From Clostridiales bacterium (GTDB lineage: Bacteria > Bacillota > Clostridia > Lachnospirales > JAQSXR01): DNA of 64,000 bases. Shown one piece after another: positions 1 through 9,298 of this stretch. The stretch spans positions 72,272 to 136,271 of the forward strand of contig JAQSXR010000002.1 of assembly GCA_029256575.1 (NCBI GenBank), read 5' to 3'. Position 1 is the first letter of the stretch; every line of letters starts with the position of its first letter. The notes under the pieces are model-generated. The model was not told the DNA's origin. It did not search any database and saw nothing but the letters and a program-made list of their open reading frames with translations. Made by a program: the position numbers and the translations under genes.

Positions 1-135
1 ATAGAACATATGATTGATTTTTTTGAGTCATTCGTATCTCGATATCGTCGAGAGCTAAGTTTACTAATTATCAAACAAACTATAAAGCCTATGATAACTA
101 GTATTGGATCCATTGTTGACAGTATTGATTTTTCA

Positions 136-564
136 TCAAAGTTCATCTTCTATCTCCACCTGATTCCAAATATAAATAACTTTTGTCTTTGCAATTCGGT
201 CATGAATGGTTCTCCCATCCTTAAAAAATAACATTATGATACTAACAATAGCCAATGCCCATCCCACAATCGGAAAAAAGTATATTGTTTTAACTAATTC
301 ACGCATACCATATTCAACTAAAGTAGGGGTTGTATCCTCTATGGTAACAACTTTGATTTTACCAAATCGTTTACCAAGTGTTGCACCATTCATATATTCC
401 ATAAATAGTGCTCCATATACCGCTAGCAATAATTGAAACAATAATTCTACTTGAACCTCCGATAACTTAAAATACATAAGCATAATAAAAATAACAGGAA
501 AGGCTATTATGATATAGTCAATTAGAAAACTCAAAATCCGAATAATTCCATTTACTTTTTTCAT
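136..564 (-). CDS. RDD family membrane protein
   Basis: Small multi-TM protein. It has the RDD-type pattern: an N-terminal R(ILSFLIDY) and a C-terminal GRTIHDRIAKTKV. The start is moved to the internal ATG at 564, which follows GGAGGG; the track start at 591 has no SD. Confidence 0.7.
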   Translation of the reverse strand: MKKVNGIIRILSFLIDYIIIAFPVIFIMLMYFKLSEVQVELLFQLLLAVYGALFMEYMNGATLGKRFGKIKVVTIEDTTPTLVEYGMRELVKTIYFFPIVGWALAIVSIIMLFFKDGRTIHDRIAKTKVIYIWNQVEIEDEL

Positions 565-765
565 ATTCCCTCCATACCAAAACGTTTTCATAAGTATATA
601 ATAAAGGGGTACGAACTATTTGTACATAGGTAATTTATCTAAATAATAGATATAAAACCATACACATTACACAATGTTTTTTTACTTGACTCTTAATTCT
701 TTATCTCATTTTCCATACTATGAATGACTTACAAGTGAAAGAAAGCAAAGAAATTATTAGGATTC

Positions 766-1782
766 TTAACGAATCGATTTTACCGTCTTTCTTTCAACTA
801 AAGTATATGGTATGTTAATATGAGATGTTTTCTTATTCTCTTCAATCATAGCAATTAAAGCTTCTCCGCCCTTTTTTCCCATCACAAATGGTTCTTGACA
901 AATTGTAGTCAGACCACCATTTACAAATTTCGCCGCTGGAATATCATCAAATCCTACTACTGAAATATCTTTTGGTACCTCTTTTCCGATACTATTTATT
1001 GCAGTTATTACTCCTATTGCCATAACATCACTCGCGCAAAAAAATGCAGTGATTTCAGGATGAGTATTTAATAATTCTATTGTTTTCTCATATGCAATTT
1101 TCTCTTCAAAGTCACAAGATTTTATGTATGATAAATCAAGTTCCAGTCCATTTTCTTCTATTGCTTTAACATATCCTTTATATCGTTCCTTAGAAACTTC
1201 AGCAGAAGAACTTCCATTCACCATAGCAATCTTTCTATGTCCATTTTGAATCAATAATTCAACAGATTTATAAGCTGCTTCAGCATTGTTAATAGATAAG
1301 GAACATACATTTTCCCCTTCTACTTCAGCATCTACAACTACACAAGGAATTTCACTTTTTGCAAGTTCTGTATAATATGGATCATCCATTTTAATTCCAG
1401 ATATAATAACTCCTTCTATATTTTTCAAACGACATAGCTGAAGATAATTCATCTTTTTTTGCTTTGCACCATTTGTCGTTAATAGAATAAACTCATAATC
1501 ATTTTTCTCTGCTACACAATATAATCCACTAATCATTCCAAATACAAATCCGCTATCTTCTCTTTGTTGCAAACCAGATACTAATAAAGCCAGGACTTTT
1601 GTAGCTTTTCCTCCAAGAGAACGGGCATTATCATTCGGAGCATAGTTAAGTCGTTCTACTACTTCTCTTATCTTTTCTTTCGTAGATGCACTAACATCAT
1701 TATATCCATTAAGTGCTCTAGATACTGTTGTAATAGACACTCCTACTTCTCTTGCCACATCTCTAATACTAGCCTTTTTCAT
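766..1782 (-). CDS. LacI family transcriptional regulator
   Basis: N-terminal HTH (ASIRDVAREVGVSITTVSRALNG) followed by a periplasmic-binding-protein-like sugar-binding core. The start is moved to MKKASIRDV, which follows AGGGGA. Confidence 0.9.
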   Translation of the reverse strand: MKKASIRDVAREVGVSITTVSRALNGYNDVSASTKEKIREVVERLNYAPNDNARSLGGKATKVLALLVSGLQQREDSGFVFGMISGLYCVAEKNDYEFILLTTNGAKQKKMNYLQLCRLKNIEGVIISGIKMDDPYYTELAKSEIPCVVVDAEVEGENVCSLSINNAEAAYKSVELLIQNGHRKIAMVNGSSSAEVSKERYKGYVKAIEENGLELDLSYIKSCDFEEKIAYEKTIELLNTHPEITAFFCASDVMAIGVITAINSIGKEVPKDISVVGFDDIPAAKFVNGGLTTICQEPFVMGKKGGEALIAMIEENKKTSHINIPYTLVERKTVKSIR

Positions 1783-1873
1783 TCGATTTCCCCTTTGCAT
1801 ATTCTTTGATAACTATATCATTTTACATTTTTTTACGCAAGCTGATTTCAATCGTGATTTATCCGTCTTGTCT

Positions 1874-3031
1874 TTAATTCTTTAATGAATCAATCGTTTT
1901 GCTTAATCTTACTCCGAAATCTTTACTTAGAATATCACTCTTATCTAATACTCGTATGCCCATCTCTTTGGCTCTTTGATAAGTAGCTATTTTACTGCTT
2001 TTAATGTTGCTAAAGGTAACTAATATACCCTTACCCTTATTGCCTCCGATTCTTTTTGTATTAATTACTATCTCGTTAATTGCAGCAATATCTGGTTCGC
2101 GTAACTTACATGATATAAAAATAGGACTAGAGTCTTTGCATAAAACTACATCTATTTCGCTACCTACCTGTTCAACACCGTCGTTCGCATCCCAATCAAT
2201 CATAGCACCAAGTCGAACATCAGTTACTCCATCTAATTTAAGGGCTTCTATATATACAAATATCTCCAACCAAACTCCATAATTAGTCAAATATTGTTTT
2301 GCTAATGCTGATGTGAATTTAAAACTAATATCTTCACCTATTCTTAAATGTTTAATTAATCTTAGTGTTTCACAATATTCCAATAATTTTCTATCTGGTG
2401 TAATGGTTTGTTGATTGAATTTTATACTTTCCTTATTGAATACCTCAAAACCCTTTTCACCAGCCATTGTCAATTGCATATACCTACAAGTTTCGCTCCA
2501 AGCACTCAAATCTTTGAAAATAAATTTACACATTTTATTCAAATAATCAAAATCATCACGATTAGGTTCAATATGAGAGTTACCAATCAAATAGGCTCCC
2601 TTTGCTGATAGGTAATCAACTAATGTTATATTTTCTGTCGGACATATTATACATTCTTTATCAACATCAATAAGTCTATTATTTCGAATATCGGCATAAA
2701 TCATTTTTAATCCGCGTTCCTTGGCTATTTTATATCCACCTATCGCCATTAATCCTATTCCACCTGTTAAATCAACTACACATTCATCATTTTGAGGGAT
2801 TATTCTTTTCATTAAATCACATACTTCTCCAAGGCTTTCTGAATCAACCGCATACATCTCATGACGCAAATCGTTTAGATGCATTTTACACGTCTTAAAG
2901 ATAAGTTCAATCGATTTTCGTTCTGTTACTTCTTTATCATAAATAAAGATAACCTTATCTGGCTTCATAGATAGAATTGATACTAAATTCGTTAAGCTAT
3001 CATCATCATAATACTCTATTTGCACTAGCAT
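1874..3031 (-). CDS. Card1/Can2-like protein: N-terminal CARF-like Rossmann domain plus C-terminal PD-(D/E)xK nuclease domain (DUF1887 type)
   Basis: N-terminal half contains VDLTGGIGLM, a CARF-like D-x-TGG loop. C-terminal half reads GVWLEIFVY...GSEIDVVLCKDSSPIFISCKL, the restriction-endonuclease-like E / D / x-x-K layout of the Card1 endonuclease domain. SD AGGAG sits 7 nt upstream of the ATG. Confidence 0.7.
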   Translation of the reverse strand: MLVQIEYYDDDSLTNLVSILSMKPDKVIFIYDKEVTERKSIELIFKTCKMHLNDLRHEMYAVDSESLGEVCDLMKRIIPQNDECVVDLTGGIGLMAIGGYKIAKERGLKMIYADIRNNRLIDVDKECIICPTENITLVDYLSAKGAYLIGNSHIEPNRDDFDYLNKMCKFIFKDLSAWSETCRYMQLTMAGEKGFEVFNKESIKFNQQTITPDRKLLEYCETLRLIKHLRIGEDISFKFTSALAKQYLTNYGVWLEIFVYIEALKLDGVTDVRLGAMIDWDANDGVEQVGSEIDVVLCKDSSPIFISCKLREPDIAAINEIVINTKRIGGNKGKGILVTFSNIKSSKIATYQRAKEMGIRVLDKSDILSKDFGVRLSKTIDSLKN

Positions 3032-3052
3032 GTATTCACTCCTATAAAATAT

Positions 3053-3541
3053 CTAATTATTTCTATTCTCGTTATGAAGACAGTTATCAATAGCAATAAC
3101 CAAAGCACTCACAAATCCTGCATCTTCTGGAGAAGGTATATCTAGTTCGTAACTATCTCCCCAAGAAAACCATTTTTTATGAACACTTCCATAGTATTGA
3201 CCATTTCTTAATATGTCATAATCCATACTCATGAAATCTCCATTGATTTCAAAATTACCAAAACTGCTATTCACATTTAGCTTTGACTTAAAAAAAGCAA
3301 ATTCTTGACTAACTGTTGCACATAAATAATTACTATTATTATAAATCTCATATTCTGCAAGTAAAAAAGTTAATTTTTTCTTTATGAAGTATTGTTCCTG
3401 ACCATTAGAATCATATAAATGAAGTTTTGCAGCCAAAGTGAAAAACTCACTTTGAACATCATAGACAACATTTCCTTCTGCATCCATAATATCATACTTA
3501 TCATTGAACGAAAAAACCCTTTGTTTGATATATAATTTCAT
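3053..3541 (-). CDS. LURP-one-related / tubby C-terminal-like protein (B. subtilis YxjI-like)
   Basis: About 160 aa with MKLYIKQRVFSF...KKWFSWGDSYELDI...ALVIAID, the characteristic YxjI/DUF567 pattern. SD AGGGGG is present. The stop lies 21 nt before the Card1-like start. Confidence 0.7.
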   Translation of the reverse strand: MKLYIKQRVFSFNDKYDIMDAEGNVVYDVQSEFFTLAAKLHLYDSNGQEQYFIKKKLTFLLAEYEIYNNSNYLCATVSQEFAFFKSKLNVNSSFGNFEINGDFMSMDYDILRNGQYYGSVHKKWFSWGDSYELDIPSPEDAGFVSALVIAIDNCLHNENRNN

Positions 3542-3601
3542 TTTTTTACCCCCTGATATTCTTTTAATTTACGAACTATGGTGAACTTTTAATCGTTTCT
3601 A

Positions 3602-4120
3602 TTATTTACAACAATCAAATATGCGGTCAATAAATGTGTATGGAATAGCATCCCCATTATTTATCATTTCAATAAATTCTTCTTTACTAACCCATTTTGC
3701 TTGCTCAACTTCTTCATATTGTAATGATAATTCTTTTGTTTCAATATCTCTCTTAATAATCCAATAGTCATCAAATCCACAACTAAACTCAATAGTAAAT
3801 TGAACATTTTCATTCGTTAGATCTAAATCAATACCCAATTCTTCTTTAACTTCTCGTATTGCTGCTGTTCTGCTATCATCTCCTGTAACGGCAGATCCTG
3901 CAGCAGATAAATCCCACATTCCTGGCCATCCTTTTTTCCATGGCTGTCTTTTCTGAATTAGTATTTCACCTTTGCTATTATAGATGCAAATATGTACTAC
4001 TAGATGATATTCTCCCGCTTCTAAAGGTATACTTCTTATATGTTTCTTACCCGTTAATGTTCTACTCTTATCATATACATCCCAAATTTCGTTCTCATTA
4101 TCTCCTATGTGTTTTTCCAT
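3602..4120 (-). CDS. NUDIX hydrolase (IDI-like subfamily layout)
   Basis: Nudix box GSAVTGDDSRTAAIREVKEELGI (GX5EX7REVXEEXGI). SD GGAGGG is present. Confidence 0.85.
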   Translation of the reverse strand: MEKHIGDNENEIWDVYDKSRTLTGKKHIRSIPLEAGEYHLVVHICIYNSKGEILIQKRQPWKKGWPGMWDLSAAGSAVTGDDSRTAAIREVKEELGIDLDLTNENVQFTIEFSCGFDDYWIIKRDIETKELSLQYEEVEQAKWVSKEEFIEMINNGDAIPYTFIDRIFDCCK

Positions 4121-4321
4121 TTTTCCCTCCGATTTAAATCTTACTTATCATTATTTTATATCAATATTATCTAATAGTCAATTTAACCTATCAAGGAAGT
4201 CTAACTAGTCTTTCTTATATAGCATATCCGTTTGAAGTCGCTTAAAATATTGCAGCGCTTTATCCATTATGATAAAATACATTATATACCAATGTTTAAA
4301 TGAAATACAAAGGAGAATGAA

Positions 4322-4861
4322 ATGTTCCTACATAAGTTAACCGACTCTAATTTTAAAAATGTTAATGTAACGTATATCCCCAATCCCTCTCGCTATTCAT
4401 CAAGAGGTATCTTATTAAACGATCAAAAGCAAATTGCTATGCTCTATATGTCATCGAATGGTTACTATAAATTACCTGGAGGTGGTGTTGAAAAATCAGA
4501 GACGAACGAAGATGCCTTTCTTCGAGAAATAAAAGAAGAAACTGGATTTGACTGTAAGATACTTTATTATCTTGGAGTTGTTGAAGAACACAAAAATAAG
4601 AATAATTTTATGCAGTTATCTAGCTGTTATGTTGCAAAGGTTATAGGACAGCCTCGCGATGTAACATTAACTGAAGCTGAAAAAGAATTAGGATTTCAGC
4701 TTACATGGATGGACTATCACCAGGCAGTAGAAATTATGAATAAATCGATTCAAGAATGTACCGACTATATTATAAGTTTTATGCTATTAAGGGATTCAAC
4801 AATTTTGAATGAAGGTTGGAAGATTATTTCACAACCTCCAGAAACTCCTCTAATGTTTTAA
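4322..4861 (+). CDS. NUDIX hydrolase
   Basis: Nudix box GGGVEKSETNEDAFLREIKEETGF. SD AGGAGA is present. Confidence 0.85.
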   Translation: MFLHKLTDSNFKNVNVTYIPNPSRYSSRGILLNDQKQIAMLYMSSNGYYKLPGGGVEKSETNEDAFLREIKEETGFDCKILYYLGVVEEHKNKNNFMQLSSCYVAKVIGQPRDVTLTEAEKELGFQLTWMDYHQAVEIMNKSIQECTDYIISFMLLRDSTILNEGWKIISQPPETPLMF

Positions 4862-5504
4862 TTACATAATCGCATTTTTCTCCGCCATTTGATCCATTCG
4901 GATTGTACCAACATGTAGCAATTCCTGCATTTATGCCACCTTGTATATCAGAAGATAAGCTATCTCCTAGGATTATCATTCTTTCCGTATTTGTATTCTC
5001 AATAGCATTGAATACATAATCAAAGAATTGTTTCTGTGGCTTTTGAAACCCAATTTCTTCAGAGATAAATACACCCGACATATATTGCAATAAATCCGAA
5101 TCTGCCAAACGACCATTTTGTGCGATCTTTGTGCCATTTGTAACAATGTATAGCTTGTGATTTAATGCTAAGGCTTCACAAAGTTCTTTTGCACCAGGTA
5201 GCACAAATGCATATCGACTAAGTGCTGTCAAATACTCATCATTTATAGTAGAACAGTCTATGTGTAACCCTATCTCTGCAAAAAGCGTTTCGAATCTCTC
5301 TATTAACATTCGCCCTTTTTCTATTTCACCACGTTCAAATCTGAGCCAACCATTATCATTAATTTCGTTGTAACGCGCGTAAATCTTGTCTGTATAAATT
5401 ACTCCAAATTTCTCTAAAGTTTCTTTTAGTGCCGCTTGCATAGATTTAGTAAAATCAAGCAGAGTATTATCAACGTCAAGTAGTATTACATCATATTTTT
5501 TCAT
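4824..5504 (-). CDS. HAD-superfamily hydrolase, YjjG-like nucleotidase type
   Basis: HAD motif I (ILLDVDNTLLDF), motif III K and motif IV (GDSLSSDIQGG). The start is moved to MKKYDV. The 3' end overlaps the convergent NUDIX gene by 38 nt. Confidence 0.8.
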   Translation of the reverse strand: MKKYDVILLDVDNTLLDFTKSMQAALKETLEKFGVIYTDKIYARYNEINDNGWLRFERGEIEKGRMLIERFETLFAEIGLHIDCSTINDEYLTALSRYAFVLPGAKELCEALALNHKLYIVTNGTKIAQNGRLADSDLLQYMSGVFISEEIGFQKPQKQFFDYVFNAIENTNTERMIILGDSLSSDIQGGINAGIATCWYNPNGSNGGEKCDYVIKTLEEFLEVVK

Positions 5505-5935
5505 ATTATCTTTTTCTCCCTTATTCTTAACATTACTTTTTTTGTTAACTAATATATGTGCTCGTTCGGACACTTTCTACAATTATTGCAATCCACCAAT
5601 TTATATGTTTTAGTCATTGTTCTTATTTATAGATAATAACACCCTCTATTTTCTCTGTCAAATCAATCCTAGTTATTAAATTATACTACTTTTTATTTCA
5701 CCTTCTGAATTTAAATTAACAACATTCACATAACAAATTTTATCTTGAAGTTTTTCAAAGTAAATATTATCACTTGAGTTTTATTATTATATGTTTTAAG
5801 ATGTTATTTGTAAGTAATAAAATGTATTACTTATTATATATATATACTAACAAGCTAAATGTATTATATATCACAAGTCTAAAGAAAGGAAAAGTATGTT
5901 TATTGGATTCTAAATATTTCATATATGTTAATAAC

Positions 5936-6388
5936 ATGAGTAATTATAAGAAAAAAAACTATAATAAATTAATAATATTACTTTCTATAACACTATTGCT
6001 TTCTTTACTACTATCGCTTTATTCTAATATAATTCCTCTTAACTGTTTAAGAACATTAGGTACTCGAACTATATTTATTTATAACCAAACAGAAGGATAT
6101 GGTGTTAAACATACAGATGATAAACAAGAACTTTTAAACTTATTAAGTTCATTGAACTTAAAGAAAACTAAACCTTTTAACATAGATAATCTATATTATC
6201 GCATTTATATACTACGAAACATTAGAGGAACAATATCTATAGGTTTTTTTCCAGATGGCATTGTAATAAATGGCAAATATTATAGTGTTAAAAAAGCATC
6301 TTATGAAAAACTAGATGATATTTATGAAAAATTAGATGATAGATATCCAATGATTAAAGTGCAACAAACTATAGATTATGCAGAATAA
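5936..6388 (+). CDS. Hypothetical membrane-anchored protein
   Basis: The ORF has an N-terminal hydrophobic anchor (LIILLSITLLLSLLLSL) and is followed by a strong terminator. The start is uncertain because there is no clear SD. Confidence 0.45.
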   Translation: MSNYKKKNYNKLIILLSITLLLSLLLSLYSNIIPLNCLRTLGTRTIFIYNQTEGYGVKHTDDKQELLNLLSSLNLKKTKPFNIDNLYYRIYILRNIRGTISIGFFPDGIVINGKYYSVKKASYEKLDDIYEKLDDRYPMIKVQQTIDYAE

Positions 6389-6440
6389 AAGGAGCTGTTG
6401 CAAAATGACTTATTTAAGTCATTTTACAACAGCTCCTTTT
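6389..6440. terminator. Bidirectional intrinsic terminator hairpin
   Basis: aaggagctgttgcaaaatgac ... gtcattttacaacagctcctttt forms a roughly 20-bp stem between convergent genes. Confidence 0.8.
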
Positions 6441-6493
6441 AGCAAATTAAATATTACATGTATCTGAAAAACAATCAATCTCCACTTGCAATC

Positions 6494-7033
6494 TTACCAG
6501 TGAGCTTGCGTAGCCTCTTCATTTGATAACTTATCTCTGTTACTTAACATCAAACATACTGCATCTAACGTTATATGAAGACTTTGATCAAATAAGGAAC
6601 TCAAAAGCTGAATTGACCCTCTAGCCGCTCCTGTTTCTGATTTAATGGTTCCAGGAACTAAGAGAACTTTATTAGCCATCTTGGCAATGGTAGAATCATT
6701 TTTGCTAGTTACTGCAAGAACTTGGCATCCCTTTGCTAAAGCTTTTTTAGTATCCGTAACTGCATTGTCAGATTCTCCTGAACCTGAAACAACAATAAAA
6801 ATATCATTTTGTGAAACAGCAGGTGTAATTGTTTCACCTACTACATAAACGGTATATCCAAGATGCATCAATCTCATAGCAAACCCTTTTGCCATTAATC
6901 CAGAGCGGCCTTCGCCATCAACAAAGATCTTTTTATCTTTGTTCATGCAAGAAATAAATTGATCAAGCTCTTCTTGTTTTACCTTATGGATTACATCTGT
7001 TATTTCTTCTAAAATATTATTTAATATATCCAT
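6494..7033 (-). CDS. hxlB: 6-phospho-3-hexuloisomerase-like SIS-domain protein
   Basis: SIS domain with GEGRSGLMAKGFAMRL...VVSGSGES. About 180 aa, typical of PHI. Confidence 0.75.
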   Translation of the reverse strand: MDILNNILEEITDVIHKVKQEELDQFISCMNKDKKIFVDGEGRSGLMAKGFAMRLMHLGYTVYVVGETITPAVSQNDIFIVVSGSGESDNAVTDTKKALAKGCQVLAVTSKNDSTIAKMANKVLLVPGTIKSETGAARGSIQLLSSLFDQSLHITLDAVCLMLSNRDKLSNEEATQAHW

Positions 7034-7654
7034 TTAATCACGTGCCTTTCTGGCAAAATCTCTTGCCATTTCTTTCATGTTTTCAGCCTTTGTGATTGCA
7101 CCGCCAACAATTGCAATTTCATATCCACCATTTTTAATAATCGAAAGTGTTGATAAACTAACACCCCCTGCTACTGCCAGCCTAGGACAACCCTCTAATT
7201 GCTTACTACTTTTTTCTACTAAAGCTTCAAGTCCTACACCATCTTTATCCGCAGGTAGGTGCACACAAAAGATTGCATCCTTAAATTGTTTCAATTCATT
7301 TAATTTATCGTCTGATACTTCTAATAGATCTATCATATATTCTTTCTTATATTTTTGAGCCACATTACGGCAAATTTCAATAGAAGCAAGAGCAGATCCA
7401 CCCATTACTGTTGCGATATCCGCACCAGCCTCATAGACAGCAATAAACTCATATTCCGCTTCATCAATTGTTTTAATATCAGCAAGAATTTTTACCAATG
7501 GAAACGCTTTTTTTATACGTCTTACTGATTCTAGTCCATAATCTTTTATCAAAGAAGTTCCTATTTCTACAATATCCGCATAATCCTTAACTGCTTCAAT
7601 GGTCTCAATTGCTTGTTCCACTGTAACTCTATCAATCGCAACTTGAATTTTCAT
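7034..7654 (-). CDS. hxlA: 3-hexulose-6-phosphate synthase / 3-keto-L-gulonate-6-P decarboxylase family (OMP decarboxylase fold)
   Basis: MKIQVAIDRVT...ADIVEIGT...DIKTID...AVAGG pattern. The stop directly abuts the hxlB-like start. Confidence 0.7.
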   Translation of the reverse strand: MKIQVAIDRVTVEQAIETIEAVKDYADIVEIGTSLIKDYGLESVRRIKKAFPLVKILADIKTIDEAEYEFIAVYEAGADIATVMGGSALASIEICRNVAQKYKKEYMIDLLEVSDDKLNELKQFKDAIFCVHLPADKDGVGLEALVEKSSKQLEGCPRLAVAGGVSLSTLSIIKNGGYEIAIVGGAITKAENMKEMARDFARKARD

Positions 7655-7671
7655 AAGTTCTCCTTCTAATT

Positions 7672-8628
7672 CTATTTGTTAATAATTTTACCTTCTGAAG
7701 AAATAAATGCATCTAATTCAGCTTTCGTTGGTAATCCTTGGTTATCACTTACGTGTTGAACTTGAATCGCTCCAATAGCATTTCCTCGTCTTACACATTC
7801 CTTTAATGACAAACCTTCTAATCGACCGCTGATAACACCTACTGCAAATCCATCTCCTGCACCTACAGTATCAATTACCTTTTCTACCTTAAATCCTTCA
7901 ACCGTATATTCTTCTTCTTCTGTTTTCACATAGGCCCCTTGAGCACCTATTTTAATGATAATATTTTTAACTCCCTTTGCTTGATAAAATTCTGCTATCT
8001 CTTCTGGCTTATTGCTTCCCATAAGAATCAGCCCTTCTTCCGTTCCTGGAAGGAGTAAGTCGCATTTAGTAGCTAAATCATTAATAGTTTCTATCATAAC
8101 TTCTTTACTTTCCCATAATGCTGGACGTAAATTAGGGTCAAATGATATAAATACATTGTTTTCTCTAGCTCTTTCAAAAAGGCGATAGGTAGCTAAACGA
8201 CAAGATTCTGACAAAGCTGGTGGTATCCCAGTTATGTGCACATGCTTAATACCTTCAAAATCAATTGCATCAATTTCTTTTGTTGATATATGAGAAGCTG
8301 CGGAACCCTTTCGATAATAAGGTGCATAAGGATCTCCATCTATAACCTTGTTCTTTAATTGTAATCCTGTACGATATACGGAATCAAATGTAATAAACTC
8401 CGTTCCAATTCCTTCTTTTTGTAAAAACTTCTCAATATAACGTCCCATTGGTTCTTCACCAAGTCTTGTAATATATGTTGCTTTATGTTGTAATCTAGTT
8501 AACCCGATACAGACATTTACTTCAGCTCCTGCAAGGGACCTTGTAAAATGCTCTACATCTTCTAAAGGCCCCACTGTATCTGCAACAAACAACGCCATTG
8601 GCTCACCAAATAAAATAACTTCGTACAT
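7672..8628 (-). CDS. kdgK: PfkB-family sugar kinase (2-dehydro-3-deoxygluconokinase-like)
   Basis: PfkB signatures GGAEVNV and DTVGAGDGFAVG. About 318 aa. Confidence 0.8.
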   Translation of the reverse strand: MYEVILFGEPMALFVADTVGPLEDVEHFTRSLAGAEVNVCIGLTRLQHKATYITRLGEEPMGRYIEKFLQKEGIGTEFITFDSVYRTGLQLKNKVIDGDPYAPYYRKGSAASHISTKEIDAIDFEGIKHVHITGIPPALSESCRLATYRLFERARENNVFISFDPNLRPALWESKEVMIETINDLATKCDLLLPGTEEGLILMGSNKPEEIAEFYQAKGVKNIIIKIGAQGAYVKTEEEEYTVEGFKVEKVIDTVGAGDGFAVGVISGRLEGLSLKECVRRGNAIGAIQVQHVSDNQGLPTKAELDAFISSEGKIINK

Positions 8629-8641
8629 CTTTAATTCCTCC

Positions 8642-9298
8642 CTATAATCCAGTATTTTTAAATGTCAATATTTCATTAATTAGTCCGTGGGTCTTTTTGG
8701 TATCATGGGGATAAAGCATAATTCCATCAAACAAATAAGGATTATAATCTAAGTTTAATAATTCTCGTGCAAATGACATTGCTGCTATTTCACTCAATGC
8801 AATTAAATGTGATTTATACCGTATTGGTCCTAATTTCCATAATTGAATCTTCTTTGTTTTGGTATAAGTTTCATTTTGTTCTTCAACAAAGTGGTAAAGT
8901 TCATGCGCTAATAACATAGCTTCCACATCAACAAATCCGAGTAACTCTCGCATTTCATTCTCATCAATCAGTTTTTCAATCTTCTTTACATTTCCTGAGA
9001 ATATAGTAACCTTATTCGGATAATTGAATCGAGCAAATACAATGTAATTATCAGCACCATCACTATCAGCATAAGTAACTTGAACACCTAACATCTTAGC
9101 ATATTCTTTTATATCTTTTCTTCCATAGAGAGCAATTAATTTTTTCGCTTGCTCTGCACCACATTGATTGGCTAGAAGAATCATTTCATTCTTTTCTTCC
9201 TTTGGTATCTTGTGTCCCAAGGGGTCTCTAGAAAATGCATAGTTTCCCCATTCCATATCATCTAGTTCTAGAAGTTTAATTGTGCTTTCTTTTATCAT
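8642..9298 (-). CDS. Hypothetical HExxH-motif protein (putative metallopeptidase-like)
   Basis: LLAHELYHFVEE motif. The start codon overlaps the stop of the upstream hydantoinase-like gene (ATGA, 9295-9298). Confidence 0.5.
   Translation of the reverse strand: MIKESTIKLLELDDMEWGNYAFSRDPLGHKIPKEEKNEMILLANQCGAEQAKKLIALYGRKDIKEYAKMLGVQVTYADSDGADNYIVFARFNYPNKVTIFSGNVKKIEKLIDENEMRELLGFVDVEAMLLAHELYHFVEEQNETYTKTKKIQLWKLGPIRYKSHLIALSEIAAMSFARELLNLDYNPYLFDGIMLYPHDTKKTHGLINEILTFKNTGL

Noticed and set aside
10-231. 73-aa plus-strand ORF at the window start.
   Set aside because: It overlaps the RDD-family gene on the opposite strand and has no SD or recognisable motif. The first 135 nt may be the tail of an upstream gene, but this cannot be supported.
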